64,000 nucleotides of DNA, taken from NCBI GenBank assembly GCA_041650735.1, contig JBAZKP010000001.1:240786-304785 (forward strand), read 5' to 3'. The DNA comes from an archaeon (lineage in GTDB: Archaea > Iainarchaeota > Iainarchaeia > Iainarchaeales > JAAZKV01). The notes beneath the pieces were generated by a model. The model did not search any database, was not told the DNA's origin, and saw nothing but the letters and a program-made list of their open reading frames with translations. The position numbers were made by a program, and so were the translations under genes. Every line of letters begins with the position of its first letter. Within the stretch, counting starts at the first letter, position 1. This document shows positions 27,401 through 36,392 of this stretch, one piece after another.

Positions 27401-28510
27401 TTAAATTTCAATAACAAGAGTATTTTTTTTAAAATCAAGTTCCTTTATTATGGGTTTTAAGGAGTTTATTTTTGAAATGATTTCTTTTTCAATTAACCCT
27501 TTTTGTTTTCCTTTTTCAATTGCTGAAAGGACTTCTTTTATTTCTTGATATTTAATAAAAATTTCTTCTCCTTTTTGCTGGGCTTCTTTTTCCTGTACTC
27601 CTAAGCCTTCTATTTGTTTATTTTTTGCTTCAATATGTTTTTCCTGCTTTTCTTTCTTTTTTGTTTCCTCCTTTGAAGGTCCTTTAATTACGATTTGGGT
27701 TTTAATTTTTCCATTCAAGAGAATAGTATTGAGTGCAGCTTGAATACTTTCAAATTCCTTTTCTTTTTCTTGTTTTATTTCTGTTGAATAAATAACCCCT
27801 TTATTTAGGAACACTTTTCCTTCTTTTGAAGAATAAATTTCTTTTACCTTTTCAAGCAGTCTTTTTGATTCTTTTGCTGTTGCTTCTTTAGAATTCTTTT
27901 TTTTGTCAAGTTTCAGTTCATCAAAAGCGAATTCAAGTATTGTTGGGGAAGCATTTAGGGTATCTACACATGCCCCAAAAAAAGTTTTAACATTTTGTGC
28001 AAGTTTTTTTTCAAAATCTTTTTCGTTTTCTTCCAAAGGATTTATTCCTTTAGAACTGGGAAACTTGTATTGTTCTCCCTGTTCAAGTTTCCTGTCTTTC
28101 CATTCTTCTTTTCGCATAGCCCTGATTATTTTCATTTCCTTATCACACAAAACAATGTTTCCTTTGGCGAATAGTTCTAAAATTATGACTACTTCAGGAA
28201 AATCTATGATGGCAATTCTATCTGCCCCGCGCTGAGCAAGAGAAACAATTCTTTGGTTGTTCAGGTATTTTTTTAGCAGTGCTGAAAATCCCCCCGGATT
28301 TTGTTTTGCCGCTAGTGAAGAATTTGAAACAAATAAAGAATTTGGAGTTAAAATCAGTTGTTTGTCTCCAAATTGTTTTGTATGCACTTTCATCTTTATC
28401 CAGTTGTTTTCAAGGGTCTGTACATTATTTACAAACCCATTTTCAATAAATTTGAGTTCTTCAATAAGGTGTTTTAAGGCGAGGTTGCTTAATTGAATTT
28501 CCATAAACAA
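27401..28510 (-). CDS. NFACT-N domain protein (Rqc2/NEMF/FbpA family), apparently lacking the NFACT-R/DUF814 part
   Basis: N-terminus MFMEIQLSNLALKHLIEELK..NNWIKMKVHTK..QLILTPNSLFVS..GGFSALLKKYLNNQRIVSLAQRGADRIAIIDF, followed by a coiled coil. Confidence 0.5.
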   Translation of the reverse strand: MFMEIQLSNLALKHLIEELKFIENGFVNNVQTLENNWIKMKVHTKQFGDKQLILTPNSLFVSNSSLAAKQNPGGFSALLKKYLNNQRIVSLAQRGADRIAIIDFPEVVIILELFAKGNIVLCDKEMKIIRAMRKEEWKDRKLEQGEQYKFPSSKGINPLEENEKDFEKKLAQNVKTFFGACVDTLNASPTILEFAFDELKLDKKKNSKEATAKESKRLLEKVKEIYSSKEGKVFLNKGVIYSTEIKQEKEKEFESIQAALNTILLNGKIKTQIVIKGPSKEETKKKEKQEKHIEAKNKQIEGLGVQEKEAQQKGEEIFIKYQEIKEVLSAIEKGKQKGLIEKEIISKINSLKPIIKELDFKKNTLVIEI

Positions 28511-28553
28511 TTAGTGTTTAGTTCAAAATAAAAACTTGCTTTACGCAGAGGGT

Positions 28554-29771
28554 TTAGAAATATTTCATCATTATTTTTATTAAACCAGGGCGTTTAATTA
28601 GTTTCTTAGTAAAAAGAATTGCTTTTTCAGTTTTATTCAAGCTTCCGTCCCCTATTTTTAAGGCATCATCCATTGAAATGCTTTCAGCTAAATAATTAAA
28701 ATCATCATCGCTTAATTGTTCAAGCAAATGCCTTGATTTCAATCTGCGTTTTAATTCATTTCCCCTCAAATCAAACCATTCTTTTGTATAAGTTCCAATA
28801 AAATCATCAGTAAATTTATTTGCTTTTATTGCTCTTAGTGCAACTTGGGCAGCTAATCTACCGCCTTCCATTGCTATCCCTATTCCTCCACCGTGAATAG
28901 GATCAACCATGTGCCCTGCGTCGCCCGCAACAAGCAAATTATCAGCAGTCATTTTTTCAAGGAATCCTCCAACAGGTATTCCTCCTGCATTAACCTCTAT
29001 TATTGAGCCATTTTTCAGTCCTGGTTGTTGTTCAATCCATCTATCAAGGTAGTCTTTTGCAGTTAATTTTGTTTGTGATGAAACATACGCTCCTATCCCT
29101 ATTCCTACATTTGCTGTTCCGCCTCTTTTAGGAAAAATCCAGATATACCCTCGTGGAGCAACTTCAGTTCCAAAATATAAATGCAAACAGTTTTCATCAT
29201 ACCCTGAAATGCCTGTCATTTCATATTGGTATCCTGAATCAGTGTCATTCAAATTATTTTTTGTATTCAATCCGAGCATTCTTGCAGCAAGAGAATCAAT
29301 TCCGTCGCAGGCAAGAATAATTTTTCCTTTGAATTCTTTTATCTGATTATTAACTTCTACTTTTAATGTAACAATTCCATTTTCTCTTTTTGCTTCTATT
29401 ACTTGGTGTTTTAGCAGGATTTTAGCCCCTTTTTTTACTGCTTCTATAGCAAGATTTTTTTCAAACATTTTTCTTTCAAGAACATATCCCAGGATTTTTT
29501 TTTCTTTCATTTTTACTTCTTTCCCTTTAGGGCTATATAACACAGCTCCTTTGATCTCTTGTACTGCCCATTCAGGTGTTGGCTTTAAATTCATTATTCC
29601 AAACCAGCGGTTGCTTAGCCCTTCAGCACATCTTTTTGGGCATCCGATTTCCTGTTTTCTGTCAAGAATAAGCACATTTGCTTTTCCTTCTGCGAGTTCA
29701 AGTCCTGCCGCTAACCCTGATGGCCCAGCCCCTATGAGGATAGCATCGTAAATGATTTCTTTTCCAGCCAT
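28554..29771 (-). CDS. Geranylgeranyl reductase (digeranylgeranylglycerophospholipid reductase), FAD-dependent
   Basis: MAGKEIIYDAILIGAGPSGLAAGLELA dinucleotide-binding N-terminus; GDAGHMVDPIHGGGI. Start set at ATG 29771 because the upstream region encodes the ferredoxin in another frame. Confidence 0.8.
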   Translation of the reverse strand: MAGKEIIYDAILIGAGPSGLAAGLELAEGKANVLILDRKQEIGCPKRCAEGLSNRWFGIMNLKPTPEWAVQEIKGAVLYSPKGKEVKMKEKKILGYVLERKMFEKNLAIEAVKKGAKILLKHQVIEAKRENGIVTLKVEVNNQIKEFKGKIILACDGIDSLAARMLGLNTKNNLNDTDSGYQYEMTGISGYDENCLHLYFGTEVAPRGYIWIFPKRGGTANVGIGIGAYVSSQTKLTAKDYLDRWIEQQPGLKNGSIIEVNAGGIPVGGFLEKMTADNLLVAGDAGHMVDPIHGGGIGIAMEGGRLAAQVALRAIKANKFTDDFIGTYTKEWFDLRGNELKRRLKSRHLLEQLSDDDFNYLAESISMDDALKIGDGSLNKTEKAILFTKKLIKRPGLIKIMMKYF

Positions 29772-29784
29772 TCTTTCACCAGGA

Positions 29785-29964
29785 TTACTTTTTTTCAAGT
29801 TGCATTGCTCCAACAGGGCAAATATTTGTGCATGCTCCGCATGAAATACATTTTTTTTCATCAACAAAAATTCTTGTATCTTTCAAGACTATTGCTTGAA
29901 CAGGGCACACTCCAACGCATGCTCCGCAATATAAGCACTTATTTGAATTGTTTTTTACAACCAT
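29785..29964 (-). CDS. 2x[4Fe-4S] ferredoxin (59 aa), not in ORF track
   Basis: MVVKNNSNKCLYCGACVGVCPVQAIVLKDTRIFVDEKKCISCGACTNICPVGAMQLEKK carries two CxxCxxCxxxCP motifs. Its stop lies 13 nt upstream of the GGR start. Confidence 0.7.
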   Translation of the reverse strand: MVVKNNSNKCLYCGACVGVCPVQAIVLKDTRIFVDEKKCISCGACTNICPVGAMQLEKK

Positions 29965-30052
29965 TTTTTCACCAGTTTTTAATAAAGAAAATTCTTGTTA
30001 GTAGAATTTAAAAACCTGCTTTGCCTACCCTAATTTTAGAATTTTTTATTTG

Positions 30053-30637
30053 CTATTCCAGGAATTGCTCATATTTTTCATAATTAAACCTGTAAAGGAA
30101 GCGTTTGATTTTTTGTTTTTGGAAGGAATATTTTTTTATTATCTCTGCTTTCTTTCCTTTGTATTCATTAAACTCATGTTCTTGTGTGGGGTCAAGAAGC
30201 AGGGAATCTTCCCCTAATTCAGTAAGAACAAATGCGTGTGTTTTCAGGTTATCTAATTCAGCAATAATTACTTCTACCTTGTTATCTCCTAATGATTTCA
30301 TTGTTGCGCATAAAAAAACCGCTAAATCTTCATCATCTGCAACTTTTATTTCTAGAATTTCTCTTGGTGCGAGCCAGTAATTTATATTTAGGTCTGCATC
30401 AACAAAGGAAATATCTTTTTTTACAAAATCAAATGTTTCTTGCAAGACTTTTTCATAGTCTTTTTCAAAGGAATAATCGGGGCTTTTGAAATCCTCTACA
30501 AAGGATTGTACTGACAAATCAGAGCCATCAACAAGGGTTTTTATTTCCCCTATGGTGCGTTTTTCCCTTTCATTGATAATATCAGAGTATTTCTCAAGCA
30601 AGTACTTGCACAGCTTAATTTCCTTTTCCAAACCCAT
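30053..30637 (-). CDS. Hypothetical acidic protein
   Basis: 194 aa ORF; no family recognised. Confidence 0.35.
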   Translation of the reverse strand: MGLEKEIKLCKYLLEKYSDIINEREKRTIGEIKTLVDGSDLSVQSFVEDFKSPDYSFEKDYEKVLQETFDFVKKDISFVDADLNINYWLAPREILEIKVADDEDLAVFLCATMKSLGDNKVEVIIAELDNLKTHAFVLTELGEDSLLLDPTQEHEFNEYKGKKAEIIKKYSFQKQKIKRFLYRFNYEKYEQFLE

Positions 30638-30743
30638 AATATCTATACATAATTTAATGGGAAAGGCTTAAAAAAAAGCTTGTTAAATTTAAGGAATATT
30701 GCTTGTTAGGCTTCTTTGCCAAGGGTAAAAAGCCGTGCTTTTG

Positions 30744-32072
30744 TTAATATGCTTCCTCTTCAAATAAAACAGTTTTTCCTAAACACTTTTCAGTAAATTC
30801 TTTTATTTTAGAAAAATCTTTTTCAATTTCTATTTTTATAATGGATTTGGATTTCTGAATTCCCTCAATCTCTTCTTTTGCTTTATCAAGTTCGTGTTCA
30901 AATTCCTTTAACTTGATTTCTTCTTTTTCCAAATCCTTTTTTGCAACATTTTTTTCAAGTTCTTTGTTAATTTCGGTTTGCTTTTTTTGTATTTCATTCA
31001 TTTTCCAGAAAACCTTTCCGAAAAAATCAAAATTAATTATTTCCTGTAATGCCTCGAGTCGTTTTTCCCTTTCTTTATCCTTCAGTTCAACCATATTATC
31101 TTCAATTGCTTTTTTTATTTCCACAAGGACCTTTTTGAATAACTCTGCTTTCGGATCTTTTTTTAGGGCAATTATTGGGTTAACCAAGAATTGCTCAAGC
31201 ATTTCTTTTTCTTCTCTTGAAATCTTCCACCTTCCTGAATCAACAAGCTGTTTAAATCTTTGAAGAGGCCTGTCGATGTTCAAAAGAAGGGCAGAGATTT
31301 CTGTTTTAACTTCTTGTTTTTTGTTCATCAAATTAGTTATTTCTTCTTCAAGATGTTTAATCTCAACCATTTCTTTCCCGGTTTTTTTCTGCAACACTCT
31401 TTCCTTTTGTTCAAGAATCCGTTTTTCTTTTTCAGTTAATTTATTTATGAGCTCTTTTTCCTGGTTCTCTAGCACTAAATAATCTTTCTTCTTTTTTATA
31501 GCCAAACCTACTTTTTCTTTTATTTTTTCAAATTCAAATAATTCTTTTTCTTTTGAGAAAGTTTTGTTCATTTCATTAAAAATATTTAGTATTTCTTGCA
31601 ATGTTTCCCCGAGCTCTTTCATTTCTTCTTTGAAATAAAAACTTGTATAAATAATGTTTTTTCTGAATGCAATTATTTCTCCCGTGAGTATTGAATAGCT
31701 TTCCCCTGAATACTGCCTTGCTTCATCCAGAGTTTTTCCTTTGTCTTTAGGATCAAGTTTTTCAATAAGTCTTTTTAGCTGTGTTTCAAGCTGCTTTTTT
31801 GATGTGAGGGCAGCTTTGTTAAACCGTTCATTTTCTTTTCCTTGCAACTCTTTTCCCGAAATGACTTTTAATAAATTAGTGCTTTTGCTATGTAAATATT
31901 TGACTTCAGAAATTTTTTTTCCTGAAAAATTTTCAAGTTCTCTTTTCTTTAGTATAAATTCCTTTTCTATAAGCAAAGGCACATCCTCAATCCTTATTCT
32001 TATTACCGCGTGCTCTTTTTTGAATAATCCTTTGACGGTTTTAGGAATTTTTGCAATTAAGGAAAAAACCAT
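30744..32072 (-). CDS. Coiled-coil hypothetical protein (start set at internal ATG; track start 32174)
   Basis: E/K-rich heptad sequence; no family recognised. Confidence 0.35.
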   Translation of the reverse strand: MVFSLIAKIPKTVKGLFKKEHAVIRIRIEDVPLLIEKEFILKKRELENFSGKKISEVKYLHSKSTNLLKVISGKELQGKENERFNKAALTSKKQLETQLKRLIEKLDPKDKGKTLDEARQYSGESYSILTGEIIAFRKNIIYTSFYFKEEMKELGETLQEILNIFNEMNKTFSKEKELFEFEKIKEKVGLAIKKKKDYLVLENQEKELINKLTEKEKRILEQKERVLQKKTGKEMVEIKHLEEEITNLMNKKQEVKTEISALLLNIDRPLQRFKQLVDSGRWKISREEKEMLEQFLVNPIIALKKDPKAELFKKVLVEIKKAIEDNMVELKDKEREKRLEALQEIINFDFFGKVFWKMNEIQKKQTEINKELEKNVAKKDLEKEEIKLKEFEHELDKAKEEIEGIQKSKSIIKIEIEKDFSKIKEFTEKCLGKTVLFEEEAY

Positions 32073-32190
32073 GTTTAGATTAGGGATTAAATGTTTATAA
32101 AAGTGTACCAGCACGAGTCTTTTTTCGCAGATACTTCGCCGGCATTTTGCCCAAATAATGTTTATAACCTCCACTAAATAATTATTCTTT

Positions 32191-33642
32191 ATGTATTGCT
32201 CAGGACCAACAGGGGAAAGAAATGAAGAAGCGTTTTTTCAAATGCTTGACTTAATGGCCATTGAGATAAAAAAACGTGATGATTTTGTAGTTGTTTTTCA
32301 TCATGATGCTGATGGTTGTGCTGCAGGAGCTATTGCAGTAAAAGCTTTGCAAAGGGAAGGAAAAAAAGTTTTAAATATTTGCTTAAAACAGCTTTACAAG
32401 GAAAATATTTCCGAGATAAAGGCGCTCGGAAAAAATTTTTTATTTGTTGATTTTGGCTCGGGTCAGCTTGATTATTTAATAGAAGCTTTTGATGATAATT
32501 TTTTTGTTTTAGATCACCATCAACCCCCTGCTTTGCATGAAACTCTTATTAAGAGCCGGAGGCATGTGAATCCAATGCTTTTTGGTATTAACGGGGGAAC
32601 AGAACTAAGCGGAGCAGGAGTAACCTTTTTTTTTGCTCTCGCACTTAACAAAAAGAATTTTGATTTAAGCGTTCTTGCAGTGATAGGCGCTCTTGGGGAT
32701 ATGCAGGATTTTAATGCAAACTCAGAACTTATTGGCTTAAACAAGAAAGCGCTTGATATTGCGGTCAAAAACAAGCTAATTGAAGTAAAAAAAGATTTAC
32801 GGTTATACGGAAGAGTTTCCAGGCCCCTTGTTTCTTTTCTTGTTTTTTCTTCAAATCCAGTGCTTCCAGGATTAACCGCAAATGAAGATAATTGCAAAGC
32901 TTTTTTTCAGCAGTTAAGTATTCCTCTTAAAGATTCATTTACTGATCGCTGGCTTTCATACAATGATTTAAGTGAAGAGCATAGACGCGAATTAACCTCA
33001 GCATTAATTCTTTTATTAGCGGAAAATAATATGCCTGAATGGAAAATAAAAGAATTGGTTGGGGATGTTTATACTTTTAAAAAAGAAAATCCCTTAAGTC
33101 CGTTAAGTGATGGGAAAGAATTTGCAACTCTTCTCAATGCGTGCGGAAGAAACAAGCGTTCAGACATAGCGTTAGCAGTTTGTATGGGTAACAGAAAAGA
33201 GGCTTATTTTGAAGCCTTGTCCTTAATGGACCAACATAGAGAAAATTTGCGTAAAGGAATACAATTTATTCAGCAAAATGGTATTGAAGAAAAAAAAAGT
33301 TATTATTTTTTTGACGCAAAAGAAACAATTGATGAATCAATTGTTGGGATAATTGCAGGAATGCTTTACGGATCAATGTTGGAAGAAAATAAACCCATAA
33401 TTGCCTTAGCAAGGAACCATGACGGCACGGTAAAAGCTTCTGGAAGAGCAACATCAGCATTAGTACGCAGGGGGCTGAATTTAGGTAAAGCATTCAAAGA
33501 AATAGGATTGGAAATTGAAGGAGTTGAAGGAGGGGGGCACAGAATTGCAGGGGGCGCAAAAATCCCTTTAGAAAAAATAAATCTTTTTCTTAAGTTGCTT
33601 GAAAAAAAATTTGAAGAACAATTAAATATTTCTACTATTTGA
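32191..33642 (+). CDS. DHH-family phosphoesterase with DHHA1 domain (RecJ/Cdc45/GAN-like)
   Basis: DHH motif VVVFHHDADGCAAGAIA, DHHA1 motif GGGHRIAGGAKI, 483 aa. Confidence 0.6.
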   Translation: MYCSGPTGERNEEAFFQMLDLMAIEIKKRDDFVVVFHHDADGCAAGAIAVKALQREGKKVLNICLKQLYKENISEIKALGKNFLFVDFGSGQLDYLIEAFDDNFFVLDHHQPPALHETLIKSRRHVNPMLFGINGGTELSGAGVTFFFALALNKKNFDLSVLAVIGALGDMQDFNANSELIGLNKKALDIAVKNKLIEVKKDLRLYGRVSRPLVSFLVFSSNPVLPGLTANEDNCKAFFQQLSIPLKDSFTDRWLSYNDLSEEHRRELTSALILLLAENNMPEWKIKELVGDVYTFKKENPLSPLSDGKEFATLLNACGRNKRSDIALAVCMGNRKEAYFEALSLMDQHRENLRKGIQFIQQNGIEEKKSYYFFDAKETIDESIVGIIAGMLYGSMLEENKPIIALARNHDGTVKASGRATSALVRRGLNLGKAFKEIGLEIEGVEGGGHRIAGGAKIPLEKINLFLKLLEKKFEEQLNISTI

Positions 33643-34052
33643 ATTCCCCTCTATGAATGGGTCTTATTGATTCAATTATTCTGCCGCATCGCAGGCAGCG
33701 AAAACTATCTGTTTGCACAATCCATTGCTCGTTTTTTCTCCAGTTTTCAAAAGATTCTATGGGCCCCCCACATTCCTTGCAACAAAGAACCCCCACACAA
33801 TCACAATTTTAATTTTAGTAAAGTTCAAAAAGGTCTTTAGCTTTAAAAATCTTTTGGGATGATTTTTTCAAAAAATAAATTTTAATTATATTAAATTATT
33901 GTATTAGTTATCAAAGGTTGGTTTTAAGGCAAGGCATTTTCCCAAGCAAAGCCTTTTTAACAAAATCATTGTAATTGTTATTAATTAAAAGCTTTGATTA
34001 TTAAGGATTAATTTTTTGAGGGGATAAGTTGGTTTCAGATAAGGAAGCAGAA

Positions 34053-35114
34053 ATGAGCATAAAAGATTTTTTGAAATTGAAGGTTCCTGAGGTAGAAAAA
34101 GAAATAGAAAAATATATTCCGCGAAAAGCCACAAAGAACTGGATAGAAAGTGCGTTAGGTAAAACGATTTTTGAACTTGATTTGGAAGCATATACTAAAG
34201 GAGTCAATAATCCTATATGGGATTTGCTTGATCGCGGGGGGAAAAGATTCAGACCAATAATGGCTTGCATTTGTGCAGAAGCGGTAGGCGGAAAATGGGA
34301 AGATGCTTTGAAATTAGCCCCAATGGTTGAACTAATCCATAATGGAACTTTGATGCAGGATGATGTTGAAGATGATTCAATTGCAAGAAGAGGAAAACCT
34401 TGTACTCACAAAATATTTGGCATTGATACAGCAGTTAATACAGGAACGATAATGTATTATTGGCCGCTTGCAAAAATAATGAATGATGAATTTAATATTG
34501 GAAAAGAAAAGAAAATAATGATTTATGATTTATATGCGCGGGAATTATTGCGCGTTTGTTCAGGTCAAGCATGGGACATTGAGTGGCACCATGGAGGATA
34601 TGTTCCAACAGAAGAACAGTACTTGAACATGTGCTTATCAAAAACAGGGGTGCTAACAAGATTTGCTTGCCAGCTCGGAGCAATAACAGGTAACGCAACA
34701 AAAAAACAATATGAAGCCCTTGGGGATTTTGGTCAAATAGTTGGGGTGGGGTTCCAAATACAAGATGATATATTGGAGTTAACGGAAAGTTCTTTTAAAG
34801 AAAAAAAAGGGAGTATTGGTGGAGACATTCACGAAGGAAAAAGAACACTTATTGTAATAAGAACATTACAAAAAGCAACAGAACAAGACAAAAAGCGTTT
34901 AATAGAAATACTTGATTCACACACAAGTGACGAAAAAATAATTGCAGAAGCGCTTAGTATAATAAATAAATATGATGGGATTCCTTATGCAAAAAAACGT
35001 GCTGAAGAATTAGTGCTTGAAGCATGGAAGAAAGTTGACAAAGTTCTTCCTATTAGCAATGCAAAAAAAACTTTGAAGAGCTTTGCAGAATATCTTGTTG
35101 ACAGAAAAATATAA
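34053..35114 (+). CDS. idsA: Geranylgeranyl diphosphate synthase (short-chain trans-prenyltransferase)
   Basis: FARM LMQDDVEDDSIARRGKP and SARM GFQIQDDILE. ATG 34053 has an AGGAAG RBS; the track start 34029 is TTG. Confidence 0.8.
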   Translation: MSIKDFLKLKVPEVEKEIEKYIPRKATKNWIESALGKTIFELDLEAYTKGVNNPIWDLLDRGGKRFRPIMACICAEAVGGKWEDALKLAPMVELIHNGTLMQDDVEDDSIARRGKPCTHKIFGIDTAVNTGTIMYYWPLAKIMNDEFNIGKEKKIMIYDLYARELLRVCSGQAWDIEWHHGGYVPTEEQYLNMCLSKTGVLTRFACQLGAITGNATKKQYEALGDFGQIVGVGFQIQDDILELTESSFKEKKGSIGGDIHEGKRTLIVIRTLQKATEQDKKRLIEILDSHTSDEKIIAEALSIINKYDGIPYAKKRAEELVLEAWKKVDKVLPISNAKKTLKSFAEYLVDRKI

Positions 35115-35158
35115 ACTATGAATAAAGTATAGGGTAATAAGGTTGTTTGGGTGTTCAA

Positions 35159-36205
35159 ATGGTTTCAGTGATTGAAAAAAGAAAAATAGAGCACATAGAA
35201 TTATGCTCGAAAAAAAATGTTTCTTTTACTAAGAAGACAACTTTGCTTGAGGATGTTGAATTAAATTACAAAGCCCTTCCTGAATTGGATTTTAAAGAAG
35301 TGAATTTGGGTACAGATTTTCTAGGAAAGAAATTTTCTTTCCCTTTTATTGTATCAGCAATAACCGGGGGTGCGCAGGAATCAAAAAAAATTAATCTTGA
35401 TATTGCGCAGGCTTGCCAGGAAACAGGAATAGGGATGGGTTTAGGGAGCATGAGAGCAATGCTTCAGCATCCTTCGCTTACAGAAACTTACTTTGTGAGA
35501 GATGCAGCTCCAGATATTTTTCTTGCAGGAAATATTGGGGCAGCACAATTAAAGCAATTTACTATTGAACAGGTGAATGAAGCGCTTCAAGCGCTTGAAG
35601 TGGATGCGCTTGCAATTCATGTTAATGCTGCGCAGGAAGCAGTGCAACCCGAAGGAGACACTGATTTTACAGGAGTAATATCCAAGATAGGGGAGTATGC
35701 AGAAAAAATTACTGTCCCTGTTTATGTAAAAGAGGTGGGGCACGGAATTAGTTATGAACTTGCAATGGCTTTAAAGGAAACAAAAATAAAAGCAATTGAT
35801 GTACAAGGCGCAGGAGGCACTTCCTGGACAACAGTTGATGCAATGAGGCACAAAAACAGTTATGGATTGACTTTTAGTGAATTTGGTATCCCTACAGCAG
35901 TTTCGCTAATTGAAACAAAAAATGCTTTGCAGGGCGCTGATAAAAAAATAATTGCTTCAGGGGGAATACGCACAGGGATAGATGCTGTGAAATCAATTAT
36001 ATTAGGGGCTGATATTGCGGGGGCGGCTTTGCCAATAATAAAAGCGCAACAAAAAAAAGGAGTTAAAGGAATTACTGCTTATTTAAGGACTATTAAAAAA
36101 GAAATGGAAATAACTTCCTTCTTGGTTGGGTGCAAAGATATTAATGAATTGCATCAAGAAAAACCTATTATTTTAGGAAAACTTAAAGATTGGCTCAATC
36201 AATAA
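35159..36205 (+). CDS. fni: Isopentenyl-diphosphate delta-isomerase, type 2 (FMN-dependent)
   Basis: RKIEHIELC N-terminus and the GAGGTSW FMN-site motif. Track start 35147 is TTG. Confidence 0.8.
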   Translation: MVSVIEKRKIEHIELCSKKNVSFTKKTTLLEDVELNYKALPELDFKEVNLGTDFLGKKFSFPFIVSAITGGAQESKKINLDIAQACQETGIGMGLGSMRAMLQHPSLTETYFVRDAAPDIFLAGNIGAAQLKQFTIEQVNEALQALEVDALAIHVNAAQEAVQPEGDTDFTGVISKIGEYAEKITVPVYVKEVGHGISYELAMALKETKIKAIDVQGAGGTSWTTVDAMRHKNSYGLTFSEFGIPTAVSLIETKNALQGADKKIIASGGIRTGIDAVKSIILGADIAGAALPIIKAQQKKGVKGITAYLRTIKKEMEITSFLVGCKDINELHQEKPIILGKLKDWLNQ

Positions 36206-36272
36206 AAAATTGAGTATGCTGGTTTGAAAATATTTCTAAAAAACAAAACACTTCGTTGTTTGCCGAACCCCT

Positions 36273-36307
36273 GTTCGTCTTTTTGGAAAGGTTTTTATAT
36301 TCCCTTC
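36273..36307 (+). promoter_or_regulatory. Copy A of duplicated promoter-like element (TTCGTCTTTTTGGAAAGGTTTTTATATTCC)
   Basis: 30-nt identity with 40500–40533. Contains BRE/TATA-like GGAAAGG-TTTTTATATT. Lies upstream of the GltD-like/HMGR operon. Confidence 0.45.
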
Positions 36308-36392
36308 CCCACAAATGTTGTTTGCGCTGGTGAGCGTTTGGGCTTGCCTTTGGAAGAACAATTTCAAAACAAATTAAAAATATGGTGTTTAA

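Noticed and set aside
29772-29867. N-terminal extension of the GGR ORF (MLMKKNVFHAEHAQIFALLEQCNLKKSNPGER)
   Set aside because: This frame is the out-of-frame shadow of the ferredoxin gene. GGR homology starts at MAGKEIIYD.
29805-30011. Plus-strand 68-aa ORF antisense to the ferredoxin
   Set aside because: Shadow ORF opposite a well-supported Cys-motif ferredoxin.
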